DNA from: Bigelowiella natans CCMP2755
Lineage: Eukaryota > Protista > Cercozoa
Direction: 5' to 3'
Assembly (NCBI GenBank): GCA_000320545.1
Contig: ADNK01002054.1
Span: forward strand, 1 to 64,000
Length of the DNA: 64,000 nucleotides
The notes beneath the pieces are model-generated. The model made no database searches. It had not been told where the DNA came from and was given only the letters and a program-made list of their open reading frames with translations. Positions 14,503 through 28,020 of this stretch are shown here, piece by piece. Position 1 is the stretch's first letter. The number at the start of each line of letters is the position of its first letter. The position numbers and the translations under genes were made by a program.

Positions 14503-15210
14503 GATGATCGATTGCTCGATCGTGCAATAATGACTTGATTTTAGACACAATTGGGTTTCTAGCTAGCTAGACTCACTGCAATCAACATGCCTATAGATGC
14601 ATGAGCTTCTCTTCAATTAACAAAAGTTGCGTCCTCCACGTGCACCAATGTAGCAATCTAGCTAACTAGCGCTGGCTAGCAATGCGTCGCCGTCATCTAG
14701 TCGATGGTCGCATAGAAACTTATTTGCAGCAGCACCGTTGACATTGCATCCGTTTCATCTGTGATGACGATGCTATGGCAATTCTAGAATTACTAGATTG
14801 TCACGACCGCTTCCGATGGTACGTACTAGCGTAGCGGTGTGATATATCCAAACATCGTGCTAGCGTGCACCTTTCTAGCTTTGCTAGCTTGAGCGATGCG
14901 CCAGCTGCAGCCTGCAGTCTAGCAGTCTAGCAGTGCTAGAGTGTGACATCATGCACAGCACGATCTACTAGTCTAGTCTAGTAGTGATGATCAATTGCTC
15001 GATCGTGCAATCTAGCAAATGACCTGATTCTAGTCATTTGACTTCTAGACTTACTGCAATGAACATGAACTTCTCTTCAATATTGACCAAAAAGATGCGT
15101 CTTATTCCACATGCACCAATCTAGCAATCTCTGATCTAGCATGTAATGCGTCGCCATCATCTAGTCGACAACAGTCATGCTCACAGAAACTTTGCAGCGG
15201 CACCGTTAAC
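14503..15210. repeat. Degenerate direct duplication of ~230 bp (14503-14742 and 14986-15210) downstream of the DUF2252 stop codon
   Basis: Shared blocks gatgatc.attgctcgatcgtgcaat, cttctcttcaat, tgcaccaat.tagcaatct, aatgcgtcgcc.tcatctagtcga and tttgcagc.gcaccgtt.ac. Confidence 0.85.
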
Positions 15211-15859
15211 TAGTTAATCCTGCTGCACACCTTCTGGCTCTCATCTTGGTTCAGGAGCAACTCCGGGGCCGCTTTCACACGCGAGGGCGCTGTACGGATT
15301 ATGGAGGATAGAGCATTCTGGGCAGCGATGTGTCGCTGCGCTTCATCCAACGCAAACTGCAACGTCTCGCGGCGGAGGCGAGAAGACTCCGCTCGGTCGT
15401 CCAAAGTCTCCTTGATCCCCATGCAGATCTCTGCGTCCACCAGCGCGGGAGCATCCAGCTTGCAGGCGGGGGATCCACACGACACCTTAGTATGGAACAG
15501 TGCTTGTGCACGGCCTGTCGCGTAAGCGTAGCGACGCAGCCCCTCGAAGGAGAGGTCCCTCCAATCCACGTCGTTCTTGTATTTGTTCTTCTCGCGGAGG
15601 ATGAATGGGTGGCCTCGAAACATCACGCTGCCGTAGAAGACATTCGAGTAGGGATAGGCAGCCTTGTCTGCGTTCACAACGCGCTGGGCCTGTAGCACCC
15701 AGTTGTTGATATTGGGGTAAAGGGAGGGGAGGGGGGGGGGGGGGGCAAAGGTCAGTCAATGAGGGAAATGGTGAAAAACATGGAAACACCCTCCACGCCA
15801 ATAGTTTGATGGGAATGAAAGATCACTTATGCGCCGATCTGTTGTGCTCCTTGTGACTG

Positions 15860-15899
<40 letters not shown>

Positions 15900-17931
15900 A
15901 CTACTACTAGTAGCAGTGGCTGCGAAGAATCACCTCTTCTGCATCCGTGTACTCAAACCTAGTGTACCGTTCCACGACCGACTCAGTAACCTGCTTCATT
16001 TCTACGATGCGAGGGTACTTGCCCCCCTTCACCAGAAGCAGATACCTTGAGGAAGGAAACACAGTAGTAGAGGGAAAAGGAGGAGGACACTCAGCGCCTG
16101 GAAGAGAAACTTGAGTAAACGTGTAGCAAAGACAAGCACAGCAGGAGGAAAAGACCCGCATCATTGGCCGATCAGGATCATCATTTAGCAAAGAAAAGCT
16201 ATGTTTAAAGATGCGCCAACTTCTCTCCCCTCCCTCCCCCCCCCCTCCCACTTCCCATCCTGACCTATCAAGCCCAATGCTTCCAGTGCCGCTTCCATAC
16301 TTCTGAGCGACATCTTGGAGCTCGAAGAAACGAACGTCATTATCAAACTTTGCAAGGGCTGAGACCCCGCTGTACATGTACCTGCGACGGGAAGGTATGA
16401 AGGAAGGAAGACAACCAAAACAACACACTCTATTCTCACACGCCATCCTCCGCATTGTCAACTTAAGGGGAGGGGGGGGGGGGAGGGAGGAGTGTCATGT
16501 CCGCCTGCATAATCTACTACTACTACTACTTCCCAAGTGACAATAACCAAGCACGCAACCAACCAACCTGTGGATTGCCTCTTGAAATTCGCGGAAAACT
16601 TTCGGGTCGTTGATGGGCGCTACTTCTTCCGATGCGACGAAGTGATTTGTCGTGAGGTTGACCCCTTTCTTCTGAAACCACTTCTCCATTGCACCTTCAC
16701 CCTGGAACTTGGCACGAGTATCTTGCAGAAGCTTCCCAATGCCCGCAGCCCAGCTTGCCTCGGTGAAGAGAGGAGAGCCTTCCACGAATCGATCTCCATT
16801 CTTGAAGGTGCAGCTGCCAGAGAAGAGGCCAGCATAGCCGTTAATCCACCCCTCAACGATTGTACTGCATTCACTTGAGTTGAACCCCTCGCTCATGCAT
16901 GCAAGCGCAAATCCCGTCGCACCTCTCCGGAAATCCCATGTGAAAGGTGCATGCATCGCCTACCACCAAGCCACACACAAAACGCAGTAATGAGCTATTT
17001 GTTTGCGGGGAGAAGGTGAAAGAAGTTTGTGCCTCCCTGCGTACGTGCGTCTGTGTGTGTATGTGTGTGTGTGTCGTATATGTGTATGTGCATGTTGTGT
17101 ATGCGTAGTTAAGTATATATCACCTGGTCAAAATCATTGGTTCCCCACACCTACAATCATGATATTGCAGCAGTATTAGTCGTTGTTATCACGAGGAATA
17201 CAAGCCTATTGAGGAATCTCAATTTCAAAAATGGTTAGATAGTTAGTAGCACCAGTTGTCCGTTTGCCTGCTGCATCACTCCAAAGTTCTCTAGCAAGAA
17301 TACATGCACGCAGCAAAGAGAAATTAAGGGCAAACTGAAAGCTTCATTCCGAGAAGACCTGTTGCACCTGGATGGGTGTCTCCATTGGAGAGGACACGCT
17401 GGAATCGAGTCGTTTCCTTCGAGAAGTTTTCGATTGCGCACTTCATCTCCCAGAAGAAGAAGCCATCAGCTCCCCGGAAGAAGGTGAATGCCCCTTCTTC
17501 GGAGAGCTTTGCGATTTTCCCCCCGACTAGCTGCGCGTTTTGTTCGGACTTGAGAGCTGCCATGCAATTTTCATCTTGTAGCGCACGAATGAGACGTTGG
17601 CATCCTTCCAGGCCACACAGAATCCTCTGATCTGAACATTACATATATCAAGCTTGTTTGTTTCTTTCTGTCTGTCTTTCTTTCATATATCTCTTCAGTG
17701 CTGCACGTACTGCATTGGCGCAGGACAATTACATAACTTTATTGGTATAAAACCTGGTTTCCAGCCTACACAAACGTTTTCAACTGAGCTGCTTTGGCGA
17801 TCGATTTCAAGCTCTTCGCCGCCGAGGGGATGGGGGCCAGCAGCAGAAGGCCGTAGGACAATGGTGGCAAACACCAGAATCAGCACCAAAGCCATCAAGC
17901 CTTTCCTCAAACGAGGAGAAGTATGACCCAT
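15210..17931 (-). CDS. DUF2252-family kinase-like protein with N-terminal signal peptide
   Basis: Exons encode MGHTSPRLRKGLMALVLILVFATIVLRPSAA, AFTFFRGA, LSNGDTHP/ENFG, VWGTNDFDQ, APFTWDFRRGATGFALA, DVAQKYGSGTGSIGLDR/YLLLV..IVEMKQ and YAYATGRAQALFH. Confidence 0.85.
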
Positions 17932-18412
17932 CACATCTACGTTCTTATCTAAATGGCAAAAAATCGAGCGTGAGAATATGGAAGTAGCGACCCCGCCTCT
18001 CCAAGCATCCATGAAGCAAGTTGATATTTATCTCCCATTCTGATGGGGAAAAAAAAAACCCTTCCCGCCCGCACGCATTCCTCGGACAATCGAATGCCTT
18101 CCAGCATGCTGCACCTTGGGATCTCTCCTCATGATGCGCAGCACCCACGAACGACCCATACGAGGGAAAGCTCCTCATTATTCTCCTTCCTCTCAAGCAG
18201 ACGCTTCGCTGGGCTGCCCGCCGAGTTGTGAGGCTGAGGATGGCTGAACTACCCGAAATGCCGTGGAATATCGCACATTTTTATCGTCCAAATCGAAGTC
18301 GCAGTCATAAAATACACGACTTTTCCCTTTTCCCTTTTTTTTTGGGTCACAGTGGCTTCTTCCCGTGTGATTTCCAGCTCCTCTAATTGCGGCCAGACAC
18401 GGTCTCTCATTG

Positions 18413-18421
18413 ATGTCGCAG
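18413..18421 (+). promoter_or_regulatory. Candidate promoter 9-mer ATGTCGCAG
   Basis: Exact copies in five upstream regions: 18413, 27945 (rc), 34277, 46668 (rc), 54285. Confidence 0.5.
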
Positions 18422-18612
18422 GGCTTTATTCTAGGCCATTTTGTTAGGATATGGGCAGCTGCCTTCTGCACGATAGTCTTTCAGACTAACTGGCGAGTCC
18501 TCCCTCCCCCCGTACGAAACCAGCTCGCCTATCATCCGTTTAAAAAGAGCGGATTGAACCACGCGCGAGCGAGTGCGGCTTCTGTGTTCGTTGGTTCTCG
18601 TCGAGTGACAGG

Positions 18613-18900
18613 ATGGAAGATCTCGTCATCGAGCCTATGACTGCGTCTATAGGTGCACCCCTTCTGTCTTGATAATACCTTTATTCCTCCTTCCTATCCC
18701 CCCCAAAGAGGGTACTATTCGCATTGTTTCTGTTGCAACAGCGATCTTTTAAAAGGTCTTGTTATCTTTGTTCGAATCATACGGTTGTTGTTGTACTGAG
18801 GGAATGATATATCATCAACCCTGTGACTATACCCCTTTCTCGCTCAACAGCCTTGTTCGAAATGGATGATACTTTTAAATCATATTTATGTATATTTATA

Positions 18901-18956
<56 letters not shown>

Positions 18957-19060
18957 TTATATATATACGTATGTGTGTGTGTTCTCTCATGTGTATGACA
19001 TAATATTAGGAGACGATGACTTCGATGACGATGAAGACCTGGACCCCTTAAGCTTTGTAC

Positions 19061-19151
<91 letters not shown>

Positions 19152-19196
19152 GCCATAGGAAAACAAAAATGGGTTGATACATCTCAGCTTATATAT

Positions 19197-19234
<38 letters not shown>

Positions 19235-19640
19235 ATTGTGATGTCGCATTGATTTCCTCATTCTTTGATAAACAGGACTTCGACACGATAGAGGAGGAGC
19301 CTGATTTCTGCAGTAGGCTTCAGATTATTCTGGTAGCATCATTGTTAATTATGAATCTCGATTGTTGTCCTCCTCCTCCCCCAGCCAGGATTCGACGGTC
19401 CTTTCTTCTGCTTCTTGCTTGTATTGCACATCACAGGCCAGGATAAAGTCTACCCGGACTTGCTTCGTGATATATATCAGCATGACGTTGGTAATAACAA
19501 CAAATGCTAAACTAGATAAGTGGCTCAGAATGAGCACAGAGGGGACATGGGGTTAAATCGTCTTCAAACTAGTATTCTGCTACTACCACCTTTTTGTATG
19601 TTCGTTCTCTCTCCCTCCCTCCCTCCCTCTCTCTCTCTTT

Positions 19641-19677
<37 letters not shown>

Positions 19678-19789
19678 TATTCTTTCGCAGATATGTGCAT
19701 CAATCTTCATCGCCGCTGCGTCTGGCATAAGAGGCGCCTCATTCCTAGCAGCAGAGGTATTGTTATCTTTTAGGTTGACTGGTAGCAGG

Positions 19790-19830
<41 letters not shown>

Positions 19831-19873
19831 CGACGATAACGACAACTCATGTATGCAAATCTACATCCTCCTG

Positions 19874-19930
<57 letters not shown>

Positions 19931-20118
19931 GTGACGATAAATATTCTGTTGGTACTCGAAGTAGTTTCAGGTTATTCTTATCAGTGGTTTTTGATCATAC
20001 TGATGATGATTATGATGATGATGATGATGTGAGGTCAAAAAAAGGAGGAGGAGAGGGGAGGAAGACGAGGGATAAATAAGGAGCAGGGATTGTTGTATCT
20101 GGCATTGGGACATTTGCG

Positions 20119-20155
<37 letters not shown>

Positions 20156-20432
20156 CGCGTGCGCGCGCGTAGCTTCGTGCATATTTACCTGATATCCATA
20201 ATCCCCTTCTTCTTCCTCTTGTTGTATGTTGTCGTTATTTGATGATGCAGATATCATAACGGAGAGAGCTCAGTACTTCGCGAAGATAGGAAATTGGGTA
20301 GGCCTTTTACTACTACTACTACTAATCATAATAATAGTAATAATACTACTTATTTCTATTATATGGAATACTTTTTACCGGTAGCTAGTATAGCGGAAAG
20401 AAAGGCAGAACAACATCCTCTTTCTACACGCA

Positions 20433-20473
<41 letters not shown>

Positions 20474-21160
20474 TTATGAATAGTCATGATCATTATCAGA
20501 TGGATTTGATTGTAACAATGGCCTGTGTCGTCTTCTTCATCATGGAAGAGGCCCGGGATCGACAGGTGATAATACATTAGTGCATCATCATTTGATTGGA
20601 ATGGTGTCGGGGGGGGGGGGGGGGGAGTCTGCAGCACTCCTAGCGTTGTGTTCTAACCATCTGTCGTAACATGCATGCTGCACAAAGATTCATGCACGAT
20701 CATCACCATCATCATCATCATCATCATCAGGCATACGGAAACATCCCAGCGCTGAATGCAGTTGTGCTAGGGATTCGATACTCATTTCAACTGTTCCGGT
20801 GAGTGTATGATGCTCCTTAATAACTACGACTTTGAAGAAGAAGAAGAAGAAGAAGAAGGGAAGGACAAGATATATATATATATTTCTCTGTGACTTTTGG
20901 AACTGAGAGAGAAATGTCGGTATAATAATACACGAGGAGGATCAATGCGTGATAGTCTTCGGTCTACGATATGATGATGATGATGATAATAGTAACAACC
21001 CTGCTGCTTTTAAATGGCTTTCCCTGGAAAAGGAGAGGAATCGTTCCATATCTTCGATTTCTGTTCTTTTCCCAGTCAAGAGCACATCGCTATGATGCGA
21101 ATTAGCCACAGAAGATTTGACCTTATATTCATCTTGATTTATGCGTATGTGCGTATGTGC

Positions 21161-21195
<35 letters not shown>

Positions 21196-22012
21196 GTGCG
21201 TATTCTCCATGTTCTCCTTTCATCAGCGCCTTTCTGTGTGCGGTGAGAGGTCACAGCACGATGCAGATGATAGCCCAAGATGAGGTAGTACTGTTATGTG
21301 TGTTTTTTGTGGTTTTCCCTTACTTCAAGGACATTGCTGTTGCTCGGCGTGTTGTCATTGCTGCTATGATTTTGATGACGATGATACGACGACGATGACG
21401 ATTTGTAGTCTTTGTCACGAATAGAATCATCCTCGCTGCTGCTGCCGCTGCTGCTGCTGCTTTAACAAGAAACAACAATCCAGGTGGAGGTCCACGATCT
21501 AGAGCTGAAGAACATGGTTCGGATGAATGGGCAGGGGGTACGGCATCACCGTGTTGATGATGACGACGACCTAGAGGACACCGATGATGGATTTGGACAC
21601 GATGACTCCCACGAGGAAGAACAAGATATGGCTCACGGTAAGATGACATTAGAAGATGGATGGTAGGTGGAATAGCGCTTGGGTAGTAGAAGTAGCGATA
21701 AGAATACCAAGCAGCAGCAGCAGTAGTAGCAGTAGTAGGAACAAGTAGAAGGCTATAAGTAGAAGGGACATCTTCCAACCACTGAATACGCACTACGCAT
21801 GCTGCAGACCTGCTTACTAGGCAGCAATACTTACTTGTTGTTTTCGCAAAACAACAAACACAACAATAACAACAACAACAACAACAACAACAGGCCACGC
21901 CAGCAATCTTATCAGCAATGCCATCAGCGAGATGAAGAGGGGCGGCCTCCCAAGCAGGTGCAACCACGTCTTTAGATATACCACTACCCCGTTTGATTAC
22001 GACAAAACGTGA
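18613..22012 (+). CDS. Small membrane protein resembling an isolated ion-transport voltage-sensor (S1-S4) domain with acidic termini
   Basis: Exons encode MEDLVIEPMTASIG/DDDFDDDEDLDPLSF, ICASIFIAAASGIRGASFLAAE, VTINILLVLEVVS/DIITERAQYFAKIGNW/MDLIVTMACVVFFIMEE and LNAVVLGIRYSFQLFR. The E..N..L..EV and YF...NW.D pattern is typical of S2-S3; no pore helices follow. Confidence 0.65.
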
Positions 22013-22964
22013 ATGAAAATAATTATTAGGAGCTGATAAAACTACTACTACTGCTACTACTACTACTACTACTACATCTATTACTACTTTTTTGGCCAGA
22101 CTTCGTGTTGATTCGGAGTCGTCATTCGAGCGGTAGTAGTATTCTTCCGTTGCCTTATTGCTGCTGCTCTAGCTGTGGCTTTGGATCATCATGATCATAG
22201 GCAAAGGTGAATGCGACTGTATGAGCGTTGGCTGAAATGTAGCAGCTAATCAAAAATAGAAAGTTCTAAATGAATCGCATATGTTTAAATAAATTATTTT
22301 GTCATGTCAATCGATGTATGAGACGCAATGCAGTACATGTGCTTATAGAATTAATTTAATTGGGCACAAAAATATAATAATGTGTACTGCGTGCCTTGTG
22401 TGCGTGTGTGCGCGCGCGTGTATGTTAATACGGAGAACACCGCATGCAGATGACAAAACACAATGCAGTGGGCCATCATCGATCCATGCCCATGCTACTA
22501 CGTGTACTACACAAACCATGCATTTTGCGCTTCGTTGAAATCGTCGCCGCTAGCTATTACGGAGAAGTAGTAGTACGTTGTCATGGTTCATCGTGATAAT
22601 GCAGCAGAAGGCTAGTAAATCTAGGTATTTAATTCGCACATGCAGAGCTACATGCAAACAAAGTAATAGCTGAATGTATGATGAGACTTGTCAAGCATTA
22701 AAGGTGTTGATATCAGCAGGGCAGGCGTGCAGCTTCTAGGTAGTGTTTGCTAATTATTGCATCTTAGTGATATTTAGGCGCTTGATTGCGCTTTTTTGGT
22801 TGGCGCCGCATCGATCGAGAGACAATAAAATGTTGCTTTGTTTTCGTATTCAACGTTCATATGTACCACAAACTCACATCGTGCACGAAGTACGGACTTT
22901 CAAGGATATACTTGGATATAACTACCTCTAGACGCATGGTAGAGATTTCGAGTATCTATTATCT

Positions 22965-23676
22965 TTACCCACGAATTGCCTTTGCAGTTTGATGAGCAGC
23001 AACCAACTCAAAATCACGCATGATAAGCACCTGTCTAACACAAAACAAGGAAGCGCGTATATTATTACATCGATGATCTGTTACTTTGAACAACTAGCTG
23101 CTCGCGCCGCTGATTATGCACGTCCGTGGAGGCAGCAGAATTACTGAGTATGCAATAACTGACCGCAAAATGTGTCTTCATATCATTATATTCCTCGAGG
23201 CTCATCGAGTTATCATTCTCATCACCATCATTCAAGAGATCCCTTTCCCGTGAAACGAGCGTCGTACTGAGGAGGTCTATGGGGAAAAGCTGAAAATGAG
23301 CCGGATGATGATGCATGAAGGAGAGAGAGCGGGTATTAATGACAACGGCAATGTAGAACAAACCAATGACTAGACTGACTCACACGTATTCTTATTTCGG
23401 AATATGTAGCATGCCAGTCGAGGAAGAGACTATTGTTGGAAAATCATGCAATCATGCAGCAGCAGCAGAACATCATATAGGGTGAATGAGAACACCTCTT
23501 TCATCATTGTGACGGCATCGTTTGAGAAGGCTCTGCGGAGATTTTCATATTGAAGGAGCAACACCACGTCGTCATTTGCGGTGGTGACTACTGCCTCATA
23601 TCTGCGACAATCATCCTATGAAATAAATATCATGTTGTCCCTGATTGCTGCTTTGAAAGAATGTGATAATGTTTTG

Positions 23677-23710
<34 letters not shown>

Positions 23711-24584
23711 CTGCGAGGTGTGTGAGTGAGGGGTGTTCTACCATGGTACCTATGTATGTAGTTCTCTGTCTTCTTCTTCGTGACTTATCATCGATCATGA
23801 CGAGGCTCTGCAGCTTATAAGGCCTCTTTATCGATTCTCCCCCTTCTTCTTCTTCCTCCTCTCCCTCCTCTAGTCTTTCGTGAATAGAAGTGCTGCTGGT
23901 GCTGCTGGTGGTGTTGGTATTGCAGAAAGATGGCGGACAACGGAGTGCTTGTTTCCTTCTCTTCCTCTTCCCCATTCGTATTTGCTGCTGCTGCTGCTGC
24001 TGTGTAGCTTCTCATCCTCTATCACCTTCTCCTCCTCTTCTTCTTATCACCATCATCTACCCAGATGACGACTAGAGGGTGGTTTCTTGTCTTTTGCGGC
24101 TGCTGCTGCTGCTGCTAATAATACGATCTTGGCCTCTCCCCCCTCCGTAAAAGGAGGAGGAGAAGACACTACAGCTTCGACTGCGAGTGCCTCTTCTTCG
24201 TCTACCATTGCAACTACTACTACTGGTACTGCTGCTGCTGCTTCTAGTCTTACTGCCAATACCGACCCAACCACCGCTTGACACCACAATAGCATTTGCT
24301 GCTGGTGCTTTGCCGCTTGTAGTATCATCGGTGTATGCGTCGATAGCGATCATAGGAGCTGCAGGGCATGATTTCCTGAGGAGTTGGTAGGTTGGTGGAG
24401 GAGGAGGAGGAGGAGCAGGAGGAGTCAAGTAGGGAGGGGGGGGGGGAGGTGGTATGAGGAAGCAGGAGAGTAGTTTTGTGCATTCAAGTATGAGCATGGG
24501 TCGCAACGACTCGGGCCGTGATCACAAGCAGCAGCAACAGTGCAGAACACTTATAGATAGTAGGCTTATTCTTCTTCTCCTTCA

Positions 24585-24623
<39 letters not shown>

Positions 24624-25273
24624 GTACACACTTATACTCATAATACGCAACAACAACAACAACAACAACAACACGATGACAACGACGCACAGAAAATGAT
24701 TGTAGAACTGAATGAGGCTGCTTAGCGTCGTATTGCATTTATGGCATGGATATCCTGGTGATGAGAGTATGAGGCAGTGAGTATGCAGTAGTTGATGAAT
24801 CGTCCAGCAGGGGAATGAAGGAGAGGAAGAACGAGGAGGAGGAGGAAACTTCGCAATTATCTTCAAATCAGATCAAGCATTAGGAGTCATGATTTAGAAT
24901 CGAAGATGTTTGAATGGAAATGGTGAAAGATAAACACACACACACACACACGTGTAAACAAAAGTTTTAACTAAGATATCAAGATACTGTCGTAATTGGG
25001 AGAGGAAGATACTGAACATGCATATACCATTCACCTCACACGTCTGCAAGTCTAGCTACAAAAATATAAATATCATTATACTATGTAATAGATACAAAGA
25101 TACCCAGATCTCTTCATCTAACGTGCGTATGTGTATATTATGGTGATGATGATGATGATGAGTTTACCTCGGAAGCAATTATGCGGCTGTTTCATCATGT
25201 CTTCCCTCTCCTCCCTTGTCGCAGGCAGCAGATGCAGCATAATCATTTGTGAGTGAGAAAGGGCGTGTGTATA

Positions 25274-25314
<41 letters not shown>

Positions 25315-25382
25315 CGTACATAGCATATAACATGTACCCATTTGTTTGTGGCATCATCATCATCATCATCATTAATAGCACT

Positions 25383-25415
<33 letters not shown>

Positions 25416-25487
25416 TGAGTGTTTCTTTATCCCATGCTTAATGAGTTCCCTACCAAGAACATAACAGAGAAATTGTGCATTAGGTCG

Positions 25488-25528
<41 letters not shown>

Positions 25529-25814
25529 AATACGTCTATTGTTGTCATCATCGTTATTATGATATTAGGAATCTTCCTGTATGCTCTCCTCCTCCTCCAC
25601 CTCCTCCTCATCCTCCTCCCCTTGGTCTTCTTTTCTTTTTCCCTTTCCCCCATTCTCCCCCATTCTCACCCACCCACCCACCCACTCACCCTCTATGCAC
25701 GAAGTCCTTATTGCAGACGGAGCAGATATACGGTCTTTGGTTTGTGTGCATCTGTTTCCATCAAGTAGTGGTATTATTATTATTATTAGTAGTAGTAGTA
25801 GTAGTAGTCATATG

Positions 25815-25850
<36 letters not shown>

Positions 25851-25876
25851 TACAAACTGCTTACAACATAAGATAA

Positions 25877-25909
<33 letters not shown>

Positions 25910-25910
25910 C

Positions 25911-25946
<36 letters not shown>

Positions 25947-26044
25947 ATACATATATAATATTATATGTTTGTATTTTCCTAATTCTATATATTTTTGGCC
26001 AGTGTTATTGTTGGCTGTTGATTGCTGCTGTTTTCTTTTTGTCC

Positions 26045-26076
<32 letters not shown>

Positions 26077-26288
26077 ACACATACCCCAACGTAGTGCATC
26101 TTGAGGTTCCCTAGCTGGTTAAAGCCTTTTCCGCATCCTCTATATGTAATATATATATATACATATATATATATACATATGTGTGTGTGTGTATGTTTGG
26201 GCCATTTCAATCATTAGTCTCTCTTTCTTCTTTTGTGTGCGTAGTAGGACACAGGAGGAATAGGAGGAATTCCGTCCAACATCAAACA

Positions 26289-26320
<32 letters not shown>

Positions 26321-27120
26321 TTCACACACATTCTACATACATGCAGCGGTATTGCTGAGAGTTTCGATGCGACTTTGAACGCAAGTGCGCATCTAGACTA
26401 GCCTGAAACAACAACAACAACAACATCGTAATATCATCGTCATCATCATCATCATCATCATCAACAACAACATTGGACAAAGTAAGAGAGTGATGATATC
26501 GCCACACATCTCTTTATCTTGCTCTATTATGGCCTGTGAGTCATTTATCATGCTACCGTGCTGTTTCAACCATCATCGTCAGCATCATCATGACCACCAT
26601 GATCTATGTACGCTATATATTGCGAAAATACTACCGCCTGCACGTAGCTGGCATTGCAGATAGAGCAGCGATAGGGTCGATCCTTAAAGAAATAATCAAT
26701 TCATTGTAGCACATACACACACGCGCGCGCGCGTACAATGCAATAACAAAAGATAAAAAACACAACGGGGGCGGAGTTTAGAGATATTGTGTGTTAGTGA
26801 GTGTGTGTGTGTGTGTGTGTGAATACTACAGCAATAGGTATATGACTTTCTATCAACTTGTTTTTGGTAGTAGGTTGGCAAGAAGACTTTTTTGAATTAT
26901 CTGGAAATAGCAGCAGCTAGTGCATCATTTTCTCTCTGTCGTTGTCATCCATCATCTTCTTATTATTACATACCCCAAAGTGAAGCCTCTTGTGTCGCTG
27001 GAGAGTGCTCAACTGCGCGAACGCCTGTTGATTTCGGAAAACAAGCATCATTGATGGATGTTGTTGGATTATGTCTGGCTATACTTTCTTGAGAGCGAAA
27101 CTTGTGCCATTAGTACGGAC

Positions 27121-27174
<54 letters not shown>

Positions 27175-27187
27175 ACATTAAATCATA

Positions 27188-27221
<34 letters not shown>

Positions 27222-27721
27222 ACTACACAATGTTGATTACCACCTACATAAATACATAGTCTGAATGGTTGACCAACCACCTTTTTGCAAGCGAGGCACT
27301 GGTACGGCTTTTCCCCTGTGTGCGTGCGCATATGGACCTCAAAGTTGCACCTGATGACGAAGAAGAGGAGGAGACACTAGCCTCAGGCGAACGAAGGCAC
27401 TAAGATCTTGCTGATAATGATATTATTCACATCGAAGAAACTCCTCAACCGATCCCTTCAGTTCATACTTGTTCCGAAAGCTTCTCTTGCATTCTTTGCA
27501 GCGATGAATAACGTTGACGCCATTGTTATTCGGGACAGCATTCAGCAGTTCTACGGGTGGGGGGAAGAAGTCGAAATTGTAGGCTACGACGGTGATCAAT
27601 CTAATGGTCTCTCAATAACTCAAAAAAATTAAAAATCCTTGGAAGAAATAGTCGTGTTTGGGGGCAGAAAGCATGGCCAGGCCATGTCGACGTGCAGGCC
27701 GCGTTTCAAGCTGAGCGCCAT
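22965..27721 (-). CDS. Multi-exon C2H2 zinc-finger protein (about 5 fingers) with low-complexity C-terminal half
   Basis: HRCKECKRSFRNK/CNFEVHMRTHTGEKPYQCLACKK/AFAQLSTLQRHKRLHFG/DRPYRCSICNASYVQA/ASLDAHLRSKSH..YRC/IGCGKGFNQLGNLKMH/HTNQRPYICSVCNKDF. Termini approximate. Confidence 0.85.
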
Positions 27722-27795
27722 CCTTCGATAAGAAATGATCGCGTCGTCGTCGTCGGGGCTGATACAGGGAGGAGGGGAGGAAGGGAGGAATGTGT

Positions 27796-27953
27796 AATCC
27801 CGGCAGCGGGCATTAGTACCGGGATTAATACCGGGATTCGTGCCGGGATTCATTCATTCATTCGTTCGCTTTTTGCCTGCTTTTGTTGGGAGCACGGGAC
27901 GCCGAAAACGATAATTTCGAAATTTATCGCAGAGATTTTTTCCGCTGCGACAT
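27796..27953. promoter_or_regulatory. Divergent promoter with four CCGGGATT copies (one inverted), palindrome AATTTCGAAATT and CTGCGACAT
   Basis: aatcccggca at 27796-27805 is the reverse complement of tgccgggatt at 27841-27850; palindrome at 27913-27924; 9-mer at 27945-27953. Confidence 0.5.
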
Positions 27954-28020
27954 CCCATAAGCCTGTCGTCCTGCAGCCATTTGTAATGTGTCGTAGCAGT
28001 TAAAAGCAGGCTATTTATTG

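Noticed and set aside
26630-26640. Apparent GC donor in the zinc-finger gene
   Set aside because: A GT donor 3 nt further on gives the correct C2H2 spacing (YVQAASL).
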